A stretch of DNA of 64,000 nt, from assembly GCA_965202585.1 (NCBI GenBank), contig OZ241831.1:17484001-17548000 (forward strand). Reading direction: 5' to 3'. A program made the translations under genes and the position numbers. The notes below the pieces were generated by a model, which saw only the letters and a program-made list of their open reading frames with translations, ran no database searches and had not been told where the DNA came from. The DNA is from Thalia democratica. Its lineage: Eukaryota. Shown one piece after another: positions 25,601 through 38,136 of the stretch (position 1 is the stretch's first letter; each line of letters opens with the position of its first letter).

Positions 25601-28140
25601 AAAGTTTTTTTTTTAGATATTTAAATTTCAATTTACAAAAGCATATCCTTAATACATTTTATTACAAAATAAATAAATTATTTATTATTTGTATTATTGT
25701 TGGAAGATTTTTTGTCGTAAATAAATACCATTTGCAACTAAATAGTTAAATAGTTTTATCTATTATTAATTCGAAGCTTTTCGTCTTACTTCCATAAAAC
25801 TTTATCAAGAATGAAAGATAAGTTATTAATTAATTTTGCAATAAGTTTGTAACTTGTAATATTATGACGTAAACAATAGATACTTTTTTGGTTTGAAATG
25901 TTAATAACTGTAGATAATAAATATGCTAATTTAACAAAACTAAAACAAATTTATAACAAAAAACACTTAAAACAATAAATTATTATGTATAAATATATAG
26001 TGCTTTTTTTAAGTTTATGAACTTTATCTAGTTAAAATTCTAAAAAATCATAAAGATGCAAAAATTTAAGGAAAAGCAAGCAAAGTAGGAACCCTACATC
26101 TTATTGTGCACAATCCAAGCAGCATAATTTATTTATAATTTAATTTATATTAAAAAACCATATTACCTTTCCATTGACTGCCATCACGCATTTGTACTCC
26201 ATTCCTTCCAAAAGCTCTCTAAAAACACACAAAAGTTCTTGAGCCTCTTCAGGGTTGGGCACCACGAAGACAGCGCCGAGGCCGTGCTTGGGAGACATTT
26301 GGAGCTGGTGAACGATTTGAACAGCTCTGACCAGCAGCAGCGTCTTCTCAACACCTTCAGTGCGAAGTAGCATGTCGCATCCTTTCAACAGAGGCTGCTG
26401 AACTTTCTGCTCGCTGCTGTTCAAGTACTTTGCCTGATGAAATATATTTTTTAGAACTATGTACTTTTGTGAAAACTATAAATAAGGCTGGAAATATTTA
26501 CTGTTTTGTTTTTAAGGCTAAACTTTGAAAAATTTATGTTGAAAACTCTAAACTTTTATATTATACACTTAAAGAAAGCAAAACAGGTCGTTGAGTATTT
26601 TACACTGTAAACTTTTTTACATTTTTAATAATTACTATGCTACTTTTTTAAATTGCTATTAAATTATTTTTTCCAAATTCATTTAACATCTACAACTTGA
26701 TAATGAAACTTGTATAGTCTTGAAAATGTTTGTGAATAAAATATAAAACAATAATGAGTATTTTCTATATACTTAGTAGAAATGGTATAATTACGTTTAA
26801 AAACATTCCTATAATATTACTATGCTAAAGATGTTGAAGTTTTTCTGACTACCCTTTGGTAAAAAAATATCATTTAAAATGTTATAATTTATAATTCTTT
26901 AATTTTACAGTGAATAATAACATTTTTATCTAACACATTTTAAGTTATAATAGTGGAATATCATTAGTACCAATAACTTAATAGGACTTGTAGTTTAGAA
27001 TATCATTTGACTAAATACAAAAGACAGATAATTATAAAATAATTCTTAAAACAAACAAAAACTAAGTAAGCTCAAAAAAATACTAAATTGTAAATACGGA
27101 TAAAATAATAATTTATATAGGAAATCATATAGGCAATAAATCAAAGCTAAATTCTTTCTTCTGTATACTGTTAAATAACCTGCATTTCTTCGATATTGTT
27201 GAGAATTTGAGAGTCTAACTTCAGTAATGAATACAAGTTGTTGGTATTGTTTGATGTTAACTTCTTCATTTTTACCTGGTTTATGTTATATAATTATAGA
27301 CAATATTTTTTTAAGAACAAAATCTTAATAGCTAAACTAACTACTTATTAGAAAAAGCTATCACTATTGTTATTTGTTTTACTGAAAATTGCAAAAATAA
27401 ACATCAATTTAGTTTATAAACTAAAGTTCTACTTTTCGTAATACATATTTGTACCATTCGAATAATTAAAGTAAATGTACTTTTAAAACATTATAAAAAC
27501 TATTGCATTCTTAAATAAAACAAAATTGAACAATTACCTAAATTATAAAAAAAATTACCAAGAAAAAAATAATAATATATTTTATCTATAGATTACTATT
27601 TATTTAGTATAGTGTAAAAATTTGTAATACAATAAAATTCGTGATTAACTAATTCAGAAAAACTTAATTTATTTTAGTATTAAATGCTTTTTATTTGATG
27701 CAGCTTAGAGATACATGGCATTATTAAAAAAGCTGTTTTTAGTAGTGCAACAGCAACGCAAAAACTGATAACTTAACTATTAGTGTTAGCAAATTTTTAA
27801 AATCGAATAAAATATTTTTAAAATTATAAATACAGTTTGTCTAAGAATGTTTTCAGAACACAAAACTTAATTATTAGCTATAGAATTGTATGAAGTAACA
27901 CTCTTTTTATATTTCAACAACTTAAATTACTTTTTACTTCAAAATTATAAAATTAAGTAAATAAATGCTAACTTGTAGCGAAGTTCCAGGTAAGACTTTT
28001 AAGTTTGAAGCTTTTTTAGGTTTTGTAACTGTAACATTTTGCATCAAAACTTTCTTCTCTTTTGGTGCTACTAATGTTTTCTTCTTAGTAGTCTTTTTTA
28101 AAGGTTTCTTTTGAACTTTTAAATTTTTTGAACTTGTCAT
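22639..28140 (-). CDS. DDX18-like: DDX18/HAS1-family DEAD-box helicase paralog with degenerate catalytic motifs, 8 exons, 504 aa
   Basis: Exons 28140-27973, 27275-27180, 26433-26167, 25369-25244, 24676-24438, 24216-24051, 23787-23506 and 22809-22639. All junctions are GT-AG and phase-compatible, with no internal stop. DDX18-specific blocks: PKHGLGA, CTPGKLLHHL, SEKRL, VYFSTSMSVKYH, YDPP, QEAYKSYI and FGCKVPHFVDL. Confidence 0.9.
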
Positions 28141-29703
28141 TTTGGTAGTTTACTTATATAAATACTGTTTAAAATAATATTGAATTAAAAGAAAGAAATT
28201 TAATAATTATCAGCAAACTTTGAATATTGCAGCTCATATTTTTTTATGATTATGAGTATTAAAAATATTACAATATAAATGTATAACTTTTAAACAAAAG
28301 AACCTAAACTATTTATATAAAATCAATTGAATAAATTTTAACAGGTTTATTTATTAAATTAAACAATGTTCAAAGGTAAGTAAATTTAATTTCCGTATAT
28401 ACACTGAGAATTTCATGAAATTTTTTTATTAGATTTAAAACTATAACAACAAAAATATTTTTTGTATAAAAAAAACTTTATAAAAATTTGACACAGAATT
28501 GAGTTTGAAAACTTTTAAGGACTTAATTTTCAAAAACAAACTGTAAGTACAGACTTAAAAACAAATTATTTATATACAAAGTAAGTTAATAACAACATAC
28601 ACTGATTTAAAATAGTAAACTGTATATATACATACGTTTATAATTAGTAATTAACAACACATCACTTATATTTCTGTTAAAAAAAGTGTTGTTTTAAAAC
28701 ATTATGTGTTACAATAATACTTAAAAATATTCTTTTAAGCTAGCGATAAGAGATTTTTTTTGAACTTGTAATGATAGTTATACTTTTTAATAAAAAAATA
28801 ATAATTTTTGGCTGGGGAGGTAACCTTACCATTTTTTTTTGAAGATTGTGAAAAATTGGATTGATATATCTATTTATTTTAAGTGTTTTTGAACTAAATT
28901 TTAAAGACTATTTGAAGGTTATAAAAACAAAATCAACTTTTAAAGAATATATTTAATTATTAGCTCAGTCATTACAAGTTGACTAAAACTAGATAAGTTT
29001 AGAACAGAACAGATTAGAAAACTGACATTAGGGTGTATATTCTGCTTTTTTAAGACTTTAATTTCCTTTAAAAAATTAAAACACTATTTTCTTTTATAAA
29101 AAGAGCTTCGTAAATCAAATATTTTGTGTTTTATACACGCATTATACTTTTTTTCCAGAAAGTTCTAATTTCAAAGTAGACATTTCTAAATTTTCATAAG
29201 TTAGAGAATATGTGAAATTAAATTGTACTTTAGTATAAAAAATTGCAATATTTTAGTTTATATCATTTTTCTTAATTTATAATCTAAATTACTTTGTTTT
29301 ACAATAATCTTTTCTATCTATTAAATCATAGAAAACTATTGCACATTTATCAATCAAGTAATGCTTCAAAATATTAAAACTATAAAATAATCTAAGGTAT
29401 CTTCAAATAAATATCTAAAAAAAAATATCAGACAAATCTAAAAACTAATTAACATAAAAAAAAGAGGTTAATTTACAAATAAAAACGATTTTAACATTAT
29501 AAAAACATAAAAAAATAGAATTAAAAACCTTAATAAGAATATTTTTATTTTTGTTTCATAAAAAACTCTGGAGTAAGTTGGGCAAATAAATATATTTTGC
29601 AAAAAAACGTATTAAAAACTGTATCAGACAAAAATATTGCATAAAAACATCATTAAAAAGGCAATCAAAGCAAAGAACAGTGATCAATAATATTTTGTAT
29701 ATA

Positions 29704-30594
29704 TTAAAAGTCAGTGATTAACACAAAAAGCTGATAAACATAATGAACAATAAGTTGATAAAGCGAAAAATAAAGTTGCTGATGAAGTATTATTGGCCAG
29801 GGTAGCCAAAGCTTGTACAGTCTAAACTCCAGTAACGAGTGCACTAGTAAATGCTCTCTACTTTTCTTCTGCCACTTTTCATCAGAAATTGCTTTTTTGA
29901 CGCAGCCAGCCTGCTGATATGAACAACTCCTGCAATGGGGAAGTAACACGCCAGAATTCAGTTCTTTAGACTTGTTTATTGCAAACGGCGGTTGATGATC
30001 AGCAAAATAATCAGCTATGGGCATCTTAGAGCTTGTTAACTTGCAAAGTAAGCGATGAAAATTGTTTACAAGGCGAGAGTGTCTCCTACCACAAGAGTGG
30101 CATCCAAACTTGTACCCGATGTACTGGGTCAGCAATCTCTGCTTGTTAGTAATGGGAACGTCGTAGTTGTCTTGAGGAATGCTTTCAACTGCAAAAGCTC
30201 CCTGATGTAGTAAGCTGCTAGGTAATGTTTTTCTAAACGTTCTTGCTGTTAGTAGAAAATAAATTACTGAAACAATCACAGAATAAAAAACAGACTCTAA
30301 AGGAATAGTAGAGTTTTCATCACCAAAGCTTTTTCTAGACTCAACAACTACCAGTGATGATAATAGACTCATCCACACAACAGAAAAGAAGCCTATAAGG
30401 CTAGCATATTTTTGATTGCAGGATAATTTAAATAGTTTGAAAAATATCTGCAGCAAAGTGAGTAAAAAAATGAAACATAGAGCGCCATGAATGCTGGCTT
30501 CTACATTGTGTTTGATGTTAAGTTCTAATTGTCTTTTCTTTTCAGATTTGTCCCAGTTAAAAAACATTCTACTCAGGAAAGCTGGCATTGACAT
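29704..30594 (-). CDS. Intronless 296-aa multi-pass membrane protein with a CxxC-DH-CxxC (HNH/His-Me-finger-like) zinc domain
   Basis: Open 891-nt ORF with acceptor-like ttttgcag just before the ATG. Three N-terminal hydrophobic segments plus a hydrophobic C-terminus. Motifs LPSSLLHQGAFAVESIP, GCHSCG, FADHQPP and LLPHCRSCSYQQAG. Confidence 0.8.
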   Translation of the reverse strand: MSMPAFLSRMFFNWDKSEKKRQLELNIKHNVEASIHGALCFIFLLTLLQIFFKLFKLSCNQKYASLIGFFSVVWMSLLSSLVVVESRKSFGDENSTIPLESVFYSVIVSVIYFLLTARTFRKTLPSSLLHQGAFAVESIPQDNYDVPITNKQRLLTQYIGYKFGCHSCGRRHSRLVNNFHRLLCKLTSSKMPIADYFADHQPPFAINKSKELNSGVLLPHCRSCSYQQAGCVKKAISDEKWQKKSREHLLVHSLLEFRLYKLWLPWPIILHQQLYFSLYQLIVHYVYQLFVLITDF

Positions 30595-33500
30595 ACTGCA
30601 AAAGTTTTTGTTTAAGTGTTGCTTCTAAAAAAAAAGTTAAATGTAAATCAAATACATTTCTAACAAATAAAATTATTTCTGAATTTTTTAAAGATAAAAG
30701 CTATGTTTGTACTAAAATACTTTAATAATAACCAAATTTAAAATATCTATTAGTAACATCACTTAGCTATGCTTAAAAAGCTGCAAAAACTCTGTAAAAA
30801 ATTTATCTAAAATTATCAATGTAGAAAAAACTTTTTTTTTAAACATTAATTGAAAATATTTAAAATATAAGTATTTTGGCTTAAATAATCATGTTTCAAT
30901 AAAACTTAATTACTAAATATACTACACATAATAGTTTATTAATATAAAAGAAAATTGTAGCTACAAGCTGCTCACAACTACTCTTTTAAAAAACTTTTAT
31001 TTGAATTTGCAACTTCAAAAAAAGTTTAAACTAATTAATACAAAAAGAATATAGCTGCTAAATTATTTTTCTCATTAAAAGTGACTATTTAAAACAAAAA
31101 AAAATTGCAGTTAGGACTTTTTTTGAAGCTTTGTATACACACAAAAAATATTTTAAATAATATAAATAAAATACATAATTTCTCTGTATATGAAATAATT
31201 AAATATCTTAAACAAATTATACATTTTGTATAAAAATAGAATACATAAAAATTATTTCAACGTTTAGATTATGTAGCACTTTAAAGTCTAAATAGTACAA
31301 GTTTACTTTCTGCTATTTCCAGCAAATTCATAGAAGATTTAATTTATTATATGCTAATGAAATGTAACACTAAAAAAATCAAAATATCTTTTTTTAATCA
31401 ACTAAATAGTATGTTTTAAAGCTTACGACTGGCACTGTTTTCAGTTTTTTAGTTCTATTTATTTAGATGACACAAGTTTGAATAAAAAAAAATTAAGAAA
31501 CCAAATTCAAAATGACTCAAAATATTTTTTTTTTAATACATTGATATAAAGTAAACAAACTATGTGATTATATTTTTCTTTTTTTATAAAAAATATAACA
31601 AGAACTTGACAAAAAATAAAACTAAGAAAACTTTAATTATACTTTTATTATAAGTGTTACTCAAATTATTCTTTAGTTTAAAAAAAAAAATGCTGACTTC
31701 ATTAAACTAAAAAATTATAAAAGTAAGATTGAAGTTTTGACACAAAAAATATGCAAAAACAAATAATAAATATAAAACCTTTGATTGAAAACAAAACAAA
31801 TTTTCTTTAAAAAAACATGTGTGATATGAAATATAATTACCAGTTGTTTTAGAATAACTAAACTAAGTAGATAAGTAATTATACTTATAGCATTAAATCT
31901 ATAAAATAATATAAACTTAAACAGATTTGTATATTTTAAATAAAACTAAGTAATTTTAAGTAAACATTATCACCATTAAATTCATAACAACAAATAAACG
32001 CACTTGTAGTATTTCCTTGTGATACAGTCTACTTTGTTAACAAGCTTCTCATGATAGCTTTATTACATCATTTGATTTATTTTAATTTTAGAAAAAAACA
32101 GCTATACCTACATCAAAAATAAATTTGATAACTAAAAAAAAGCTTTATACTACTAAATTAAATGATGAAGTAAGATTATATAACATTACTAAACGCGTTT
32201 AGCTTAACTTTAGAGAAACAATTAGTTTATTTTTTATAATTACTTATTCTTATATATCTATAAAAAATATTTCTTAAAAGATATAGTTATATTACATAAG
32301 AACTCATATTTTAGGATAGCATTTTTTAAATATAAATTTATCTGTCTGCTGAGTTTATTGAATAACATAAATTAAAAGTTTAAAAAATATGTTTTCTTTT
32401 TAAATATATCAAGCATCAAAAGGTTAATTCATTTAAATAACAATAACTTTTAACTAGAAAAAAATAAGTTATGTAAGGAAAAACTATTAAAAAATTTACC
32501 TTAAGAAGTATTTTAGGGATAAATAATCACATATTTCAATAAAATAATCATTATTTACAAAAACTACTACTTAGCCTCACTTATAAACTAATCAATGCAT
32601 AGTATACAAAAATAGCTCTTAGATTTAAAATTGCCAATTATAGCTTTGTGACCAGATCAGTTAAGAAAAGTTTCATAAATTTTCTAAATACATTAGTTTT
32701 GTATTAAAAATAATATTTTTAATTTTTACTTTCAATATTTTCTTCTACAATAAAGTTATTCTATGTGACTTTTGCTAATATAATTTGTTTTAACTATAAA
32801 GCATGTTGTTTGTGAGGTTTTTAAATATGTTGTTTATTATTTCATTTTCTGTATAAAACAATTTAAAAAAAAAGTTAAAACTTAAAAAAATTAAATAGTT
32901 GCCACTCTTTGATTGAACATAAAACTATACTAGTAATTAGAAATCACCCTTAGTTTATGGGTAAAATATATAAAAAATATTATACAAAAATAAGCAGATA
33001 AATAATTTATAACTACTTTGTGCTTAAGGTATTGAATTTTTGGTATACTTACGATTCCCACCTGTGCACGACTCCCAGACAAAAGTAATATGTTTTTTTT
33101 CTACTTTTTATGAGAATTATCTTTTTATTTTTAATCTTTTATTTTAATATCACTATTACCCCTAACCCTTAGTTGGTAAGCAATTCTTGGATTAATTGAG
33201 TAGAAATTGTGTGGGTGAGGAATAATCGCAGGTTGGAACTGAGCAGTTCAGAATTTTTTACTATTATTTAGTTGCAGGGTGTGTGAGGAAACATAATATT
33301 AAAAGTAATATTTAAAATTACACATATTGATGAAATTACTCAAACTTTTATGTTAACTGGATGTCAATCATTAATAAAAATTATTGGCTGTAGCTTATTG
33401 CAACTAGTGTCATTTGAGATAAAAACTGGACTAAAACTTTAATCAATTTTATACAAAAAATTATTTTGATTCTAATTATTTGAAAAAATGTGAAAAATTT

Positions 33501-33878
33501 AACTAAAAAATAAAAATTGAAGTTTATTATTATCAATAAAAAGCAATAAAATATAATTAATTTTATAATATAAAAATGTTTTTATTTAAGATTGGCTAAA
33601 TAACTAAATAACAAAGGGTTGCCACTCTATGAGACAAAAATCTAGTTTGTATGAACAAAAACTAGCCTTAGATACATCAAGCTAGTCTAAGTTTATACGA
33701 AAACTGAAATAAAACATTAATATAAGTCAAAATTATTTAAAAAACTAATAGTTGAGCTTAAATATCAAAAAGAACCAAAATTATAACATAATGACTTAAT
33801 AAAAACACGATTTGTAGGAAAAAAGTTTAATTGTTAAAAAATACTTTTAAGATTTAAAAAAAATATCAGAACTAAATT

Positions 33879-34415
33879 CAGGGTTCACACTAAAATTTAA
33901 AAAAAAAAACAATAGGGAAATCCACAAAATATAGCAAATTTATAGGGAAATTAACAAAAATAAAAAGCAATGCATTTTAAGCGTTGCAACCATATTTTTA
34001 AGGTAAATGAAGTAAAATATGTCATTAACCGTTTATAAGCTCAGTCTTAAAACGAAAATTCTTTGTAAGTATAAGGGTTTTTGAGCCCTTATTTTTGTTA
34101 AATAAGTTAACTTAAGATAAATTGTGTTTAATATAAAAAGAATAAAAAATATCTGATAGGTGGCCCAAAGAATCACAGCATTGTACTGAGATTGTTAAGA
34201 TTTTGATTTAAAGAATATGTATATTAAATTTATTTATGTGTTTTTCACCACGCAGTAGTGCTGTTTTTGCTTTAAAATTTCAATCATCAAACAAAAAAGA
34301 AATTTATAGGGATTTCTTGGGATTTTCACATATTTTTCAATTTTTTATAGGGATTTATAGGGGTTTTTTCGAATGTTGCAAATTTATAGGGATTTATAGG
34401 GAAGTTGTAACCCTG
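33879..34415. mobile_element. MITE with CAGGGTT termini and atagggaaat/atagggattt subterminal repeats
   Basis: Starts cagggttcac and ends gttgtaaccctg, with multiple (t)ataggga(a/t) units near both ends. Confidence 0.65.
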
Positions 34416-36395
34416 CAAATAAGGTCAGCCTGAGTTTTTCTGATAATCTTAAATTAGCCTAAGTTTTCCTGAGTGTGCAGTAATTTTGTCAAAAATATAC
34501 ATTATGCTATGTTTTACAAATTAAAAAACTAAAGTTAACAAAAATATTCAAATTTATCAATTATGCCTGAGTATCTTCAAAATTATAATCAAAAGTAATG
34601 CAGCCAGCCTGAGTTACCTTATGTTTTCTTAAAGAAATTAAACTAATCCTACTTACCCTTACTAGAATGATTAGCCAGAGTGAATTGTAACTTAGTGCCT
34701 TTGTTAAACATCACCTAAATAGGAGATCCCTGTTGATTATATATAATTCAAACCATTTGAAACAACTATATGAGTGTTTTCTTGTTTTTAAAATATTTTC
34801 AAGTAGCAGTCTTTTAAAGAATATTTTCTAGCTGTCTGATACTTCAATAGACAATAAATAATATTTTAAATAAACCTGCTATATTGCTCTACTATTGTAT
34901 CATATCTTTATTAGTAATAAACGTGTCAAATCTAACTTTAGATAAGTTCAAAGTCAAACTTTTACTAAGAGAAAACTTAATAAAAAAAAGATAATAGGAA
35001 ATTATCAAAGTAAATTATTTATTTAATTAATATTAAAACAAATGTATACACTACTAAATATCTGTATCTGATTGAAGGTAATATTTTTATTTCTTTAGAA
35101 TTTTATCATGTAGTATATAAAAACTACCTAGTATAATAACACTTTAAAGTAGTTAATCTTTTTTATTTGCTTTTAAGGTTTCATTACTAATTTCTACTAA
35201 ATTTAGAAAACTTATTTCTATTTTATTAAATTCTCAAACTCAGATTAAATAAATATAAATAATTTTACCTAGAACTTAATATATGTAACTTAATTACTAG
35301 TGAGTAAGGAAACAAAACTTTTATATCTACATTAAAATTATTTTAAGATAAGAGATATACAGATAGTTGTATCTTCACAAAGTATGACTTTTACACACAA
35401 AATCTTAAACCTTCACCAATAAAACTTCATATAACTATTAAAAATATTCAGTCATAAACCTTTCAACCTTTAAGCACTGAGGAGTAAATATATTTTTAAT
35501 CTTTTTTGATACTAATAATTGAGCTAAAAAATGCTTTTTTTGTTTTTTTTTATAGTTCAGAAATACTTTTGAAATTAAGTTATCAAATTTTGAGAGCTTC
35601 ATAAGTCTCTTATTAAATGGCCCAAACTAAAACAAAAAATAAATTTAGTAAAAATAAATCTTCTACAATTATAAATCAATAGTTATTAAACTTGGTCAGT
35701 TTTATCTTTATAAAAAAAACTTTCTATGGTAGGCATTTTCTCAACACTTTATAAGTTGTTCCTGAGAATTTTTCTAATACTGCAAAGAACATTTACTAAA
35801 AACTTTAAACCTTTAAAGAATAAATTATAATGAAAACAAATTTATAGTGAAAATTTAAATTCATAGAAAATTGACTATGAAAAAATTGTAGACCATATGT
35901 TTGAAACTTATTGCAAAAATACCTGTCTCAAAAAAATTGTAATTTCATTTCCTAAAAAATATTTATAGTTCATACTTCATACTTCATGGATTCATTCAAA
36001 AGCAATGTTAATTTTAGTAAAAAAAATGTTGTACCTCCTCTCTATGGACTTAATATAAAATTAAAACTTTAAGCTTTAACTTAAGCTTTTGATTAATAGT
36101 CTTACACCATAAACATCATGGAGCTGTAAATTTTTAACTCAAGCTTTCTTCTATAAAGCTCTAGTCTATAACTTATGACTCTTATGCTTAATCTTTTTAA
36201 CTTAAGCTCCGTGTTTTTAAACCTATTATCAATTACCCTAATATGTCCAGTGCTATTAATCACCAACATCAATTCTTAACTTTGGCTCAATAAACAGGAT
36301 CGTTAAATCCTAGCATTTTAAATCTTACCTACAATTAAGGGCATAGGAGTATGAAATTTTATTGTAAAAAATTTGTTAATGGCTGTAGTATAAAA

Positions 36396-36818
36396 CAGGG
36401 TTACCACAGACTTTTAGCAAATTTTCTCCAGGTTTTCAAAGTTTCTTCCAGGTTTTTAAAAGTACATATTTTTGGGTCTATTTTTAGTTTAAACTTAAGT
36501 TTAAAGTAAAAAACTGTGTTGAATAGTATTAAAACATTGAAAAGATACTGTAGAGCGATTCAAATGTGTTTTTTAATAAAAAAAATTTTGATGATGACAA
36601 AAAAAATTCTATCTATATGGTAGATTTTTTTTGACAAATCAAAAATTCTACTTTACATGTAAAAAAAAACTTTTAATTCAAGGTTTTTCCAGGTTTTTAA
36701 GTGATTTTTGTTCAAGATTTCAGTTTTTTTTTTCAAAATTCTACAATTCCAGGTTTTTCCAGATTTTTTTGCCTTAATTGTCAAATTCCAGGTTTTTTCA
36801 GGTAAAGTGGCAACTCTA
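36396..36818. mobile_element. MITE of the CAGGGTTGCCAC family
   Basis: Starts cagggttaccac and ends gtggcaactct, with repeated tccaggttttt units. Shares its interior with 21572-21926. Confidence 0.65.
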
Positions 36819-37495
36819 ATAAATGCTTTAAGTATGAAAGGTACATATTAGCAAATTAAAAAAAAAACTTTTTAAATTTCAGCCTGATATTTTTGAAATT
36901 TCAAAACTATCTAATGTAATTTTCTGAACAATTAAAGAAACAACATAGCTTGATTTATCCTTTTCAGGAAACAGTTCTGGTTGAAAACAAGTTACTGCAC
37001 ATATAATTATGAAAATTTAGTAAGTACTAGTGACAGGGTTTCAAAGGGTTTTTTAGAAATTTCTAAGACAACTCTTTATTTTCAAATTGACCTGTCAGTA
37101 GTTATAGTTTCATTCAAGTGAAATCCACTTTTTTTTTGAATGTACTTTTTAGTTTTTATGCATTACTCTGATGTTTTGTAATAAATAACTAACTATAAAT
37201 TATAAAGTACTTTTCCAATTGCACTCTATTTCCTTAAGATAAGAAGTTTATACACACTTTGTTATAATTACAGTTTAGAAGGCAATTTAAAACAAATGTC
37301 TTATTTTTAAAAAGTTTATGCCTATATAATATAAAAATTTGCATACATAATATAAAAAACATTTATAAACCATTGCTTCCTGTTTTATGATGATCCATAC
37401 AGTAATTATGATGCCAAAATAAAAACTTAATATAACTAAAAATCTTATTTTACAAAAGTTATTGCACATTTCTAAAACTGTATATTTACTATTAA

Positions 37496-38136
37496 CAGGG
37501 TTGCAAATCTTTTGGGAAAAAAATCCATTCAAGTGACCAAAAACTAGTCAGAGTTCACATGAAAATCTAAAAATAAAATGAGCAAAAACTGTAAAAAAAA
37601 ATATTTTAAATCAAAGTAAATAATTTAAAACACCTAAATGTTATCAAAATGACATTATAAAAAAGCAATGTTCAAGAGTAAAAGATTCAAGTCAAAAAAT
37701 ATAGCCTTAGATTTTGGACAGGTGACTACTTGTTTTTTTATAAATATTTTTAAGGTTTTCTTAAGTACAAGTTTTCTTGTTTCATTTTAGTAGAAATTTA
37801 AACTTACAGTTAATAATGTATTTAAATCACTAAAAATATACTGTAATGCTACATTAGTTATACTTTCAAACAAATTAGATTCTAAATAATGCATACTTAT
37901 TTTAGTGAATTTCTTTTCTAAACAAACTCATTTTTTTGTGTGTAAAATATTTCAAAATTTAAGACTTTTACGAAAAGTATAAAATTCTAGTTTTTTCTAG
38001 GTTTTTTTTCTACATTTTAAAACTTCAGGTTGTTCAAATATTAATACCACCATTTAAAGAAAAATGTCTATACTAGCCTGAGTTTTGCACAAAAAACTAA
38101 ACAATTCTGTGTTATTCTGAGTAGATTGCAACCCTG
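37496..38136. mobile_element. MITE with CAGGGTTGCAA termini
   Basis: cagggttgcaaatc ... gattgcaaccctg inverted ends. No TSD recognised. Confidence 0.55.

Noticed and set aside
22639-28140. Interpreting the DDX18-like locus as a dead pseudogene
   Set aside because: Eight exons with canonical splice sites, compatible phases and no stop over 504 codons, with substitutions concentrated in catalytic motifs, argue for a maintained gene.
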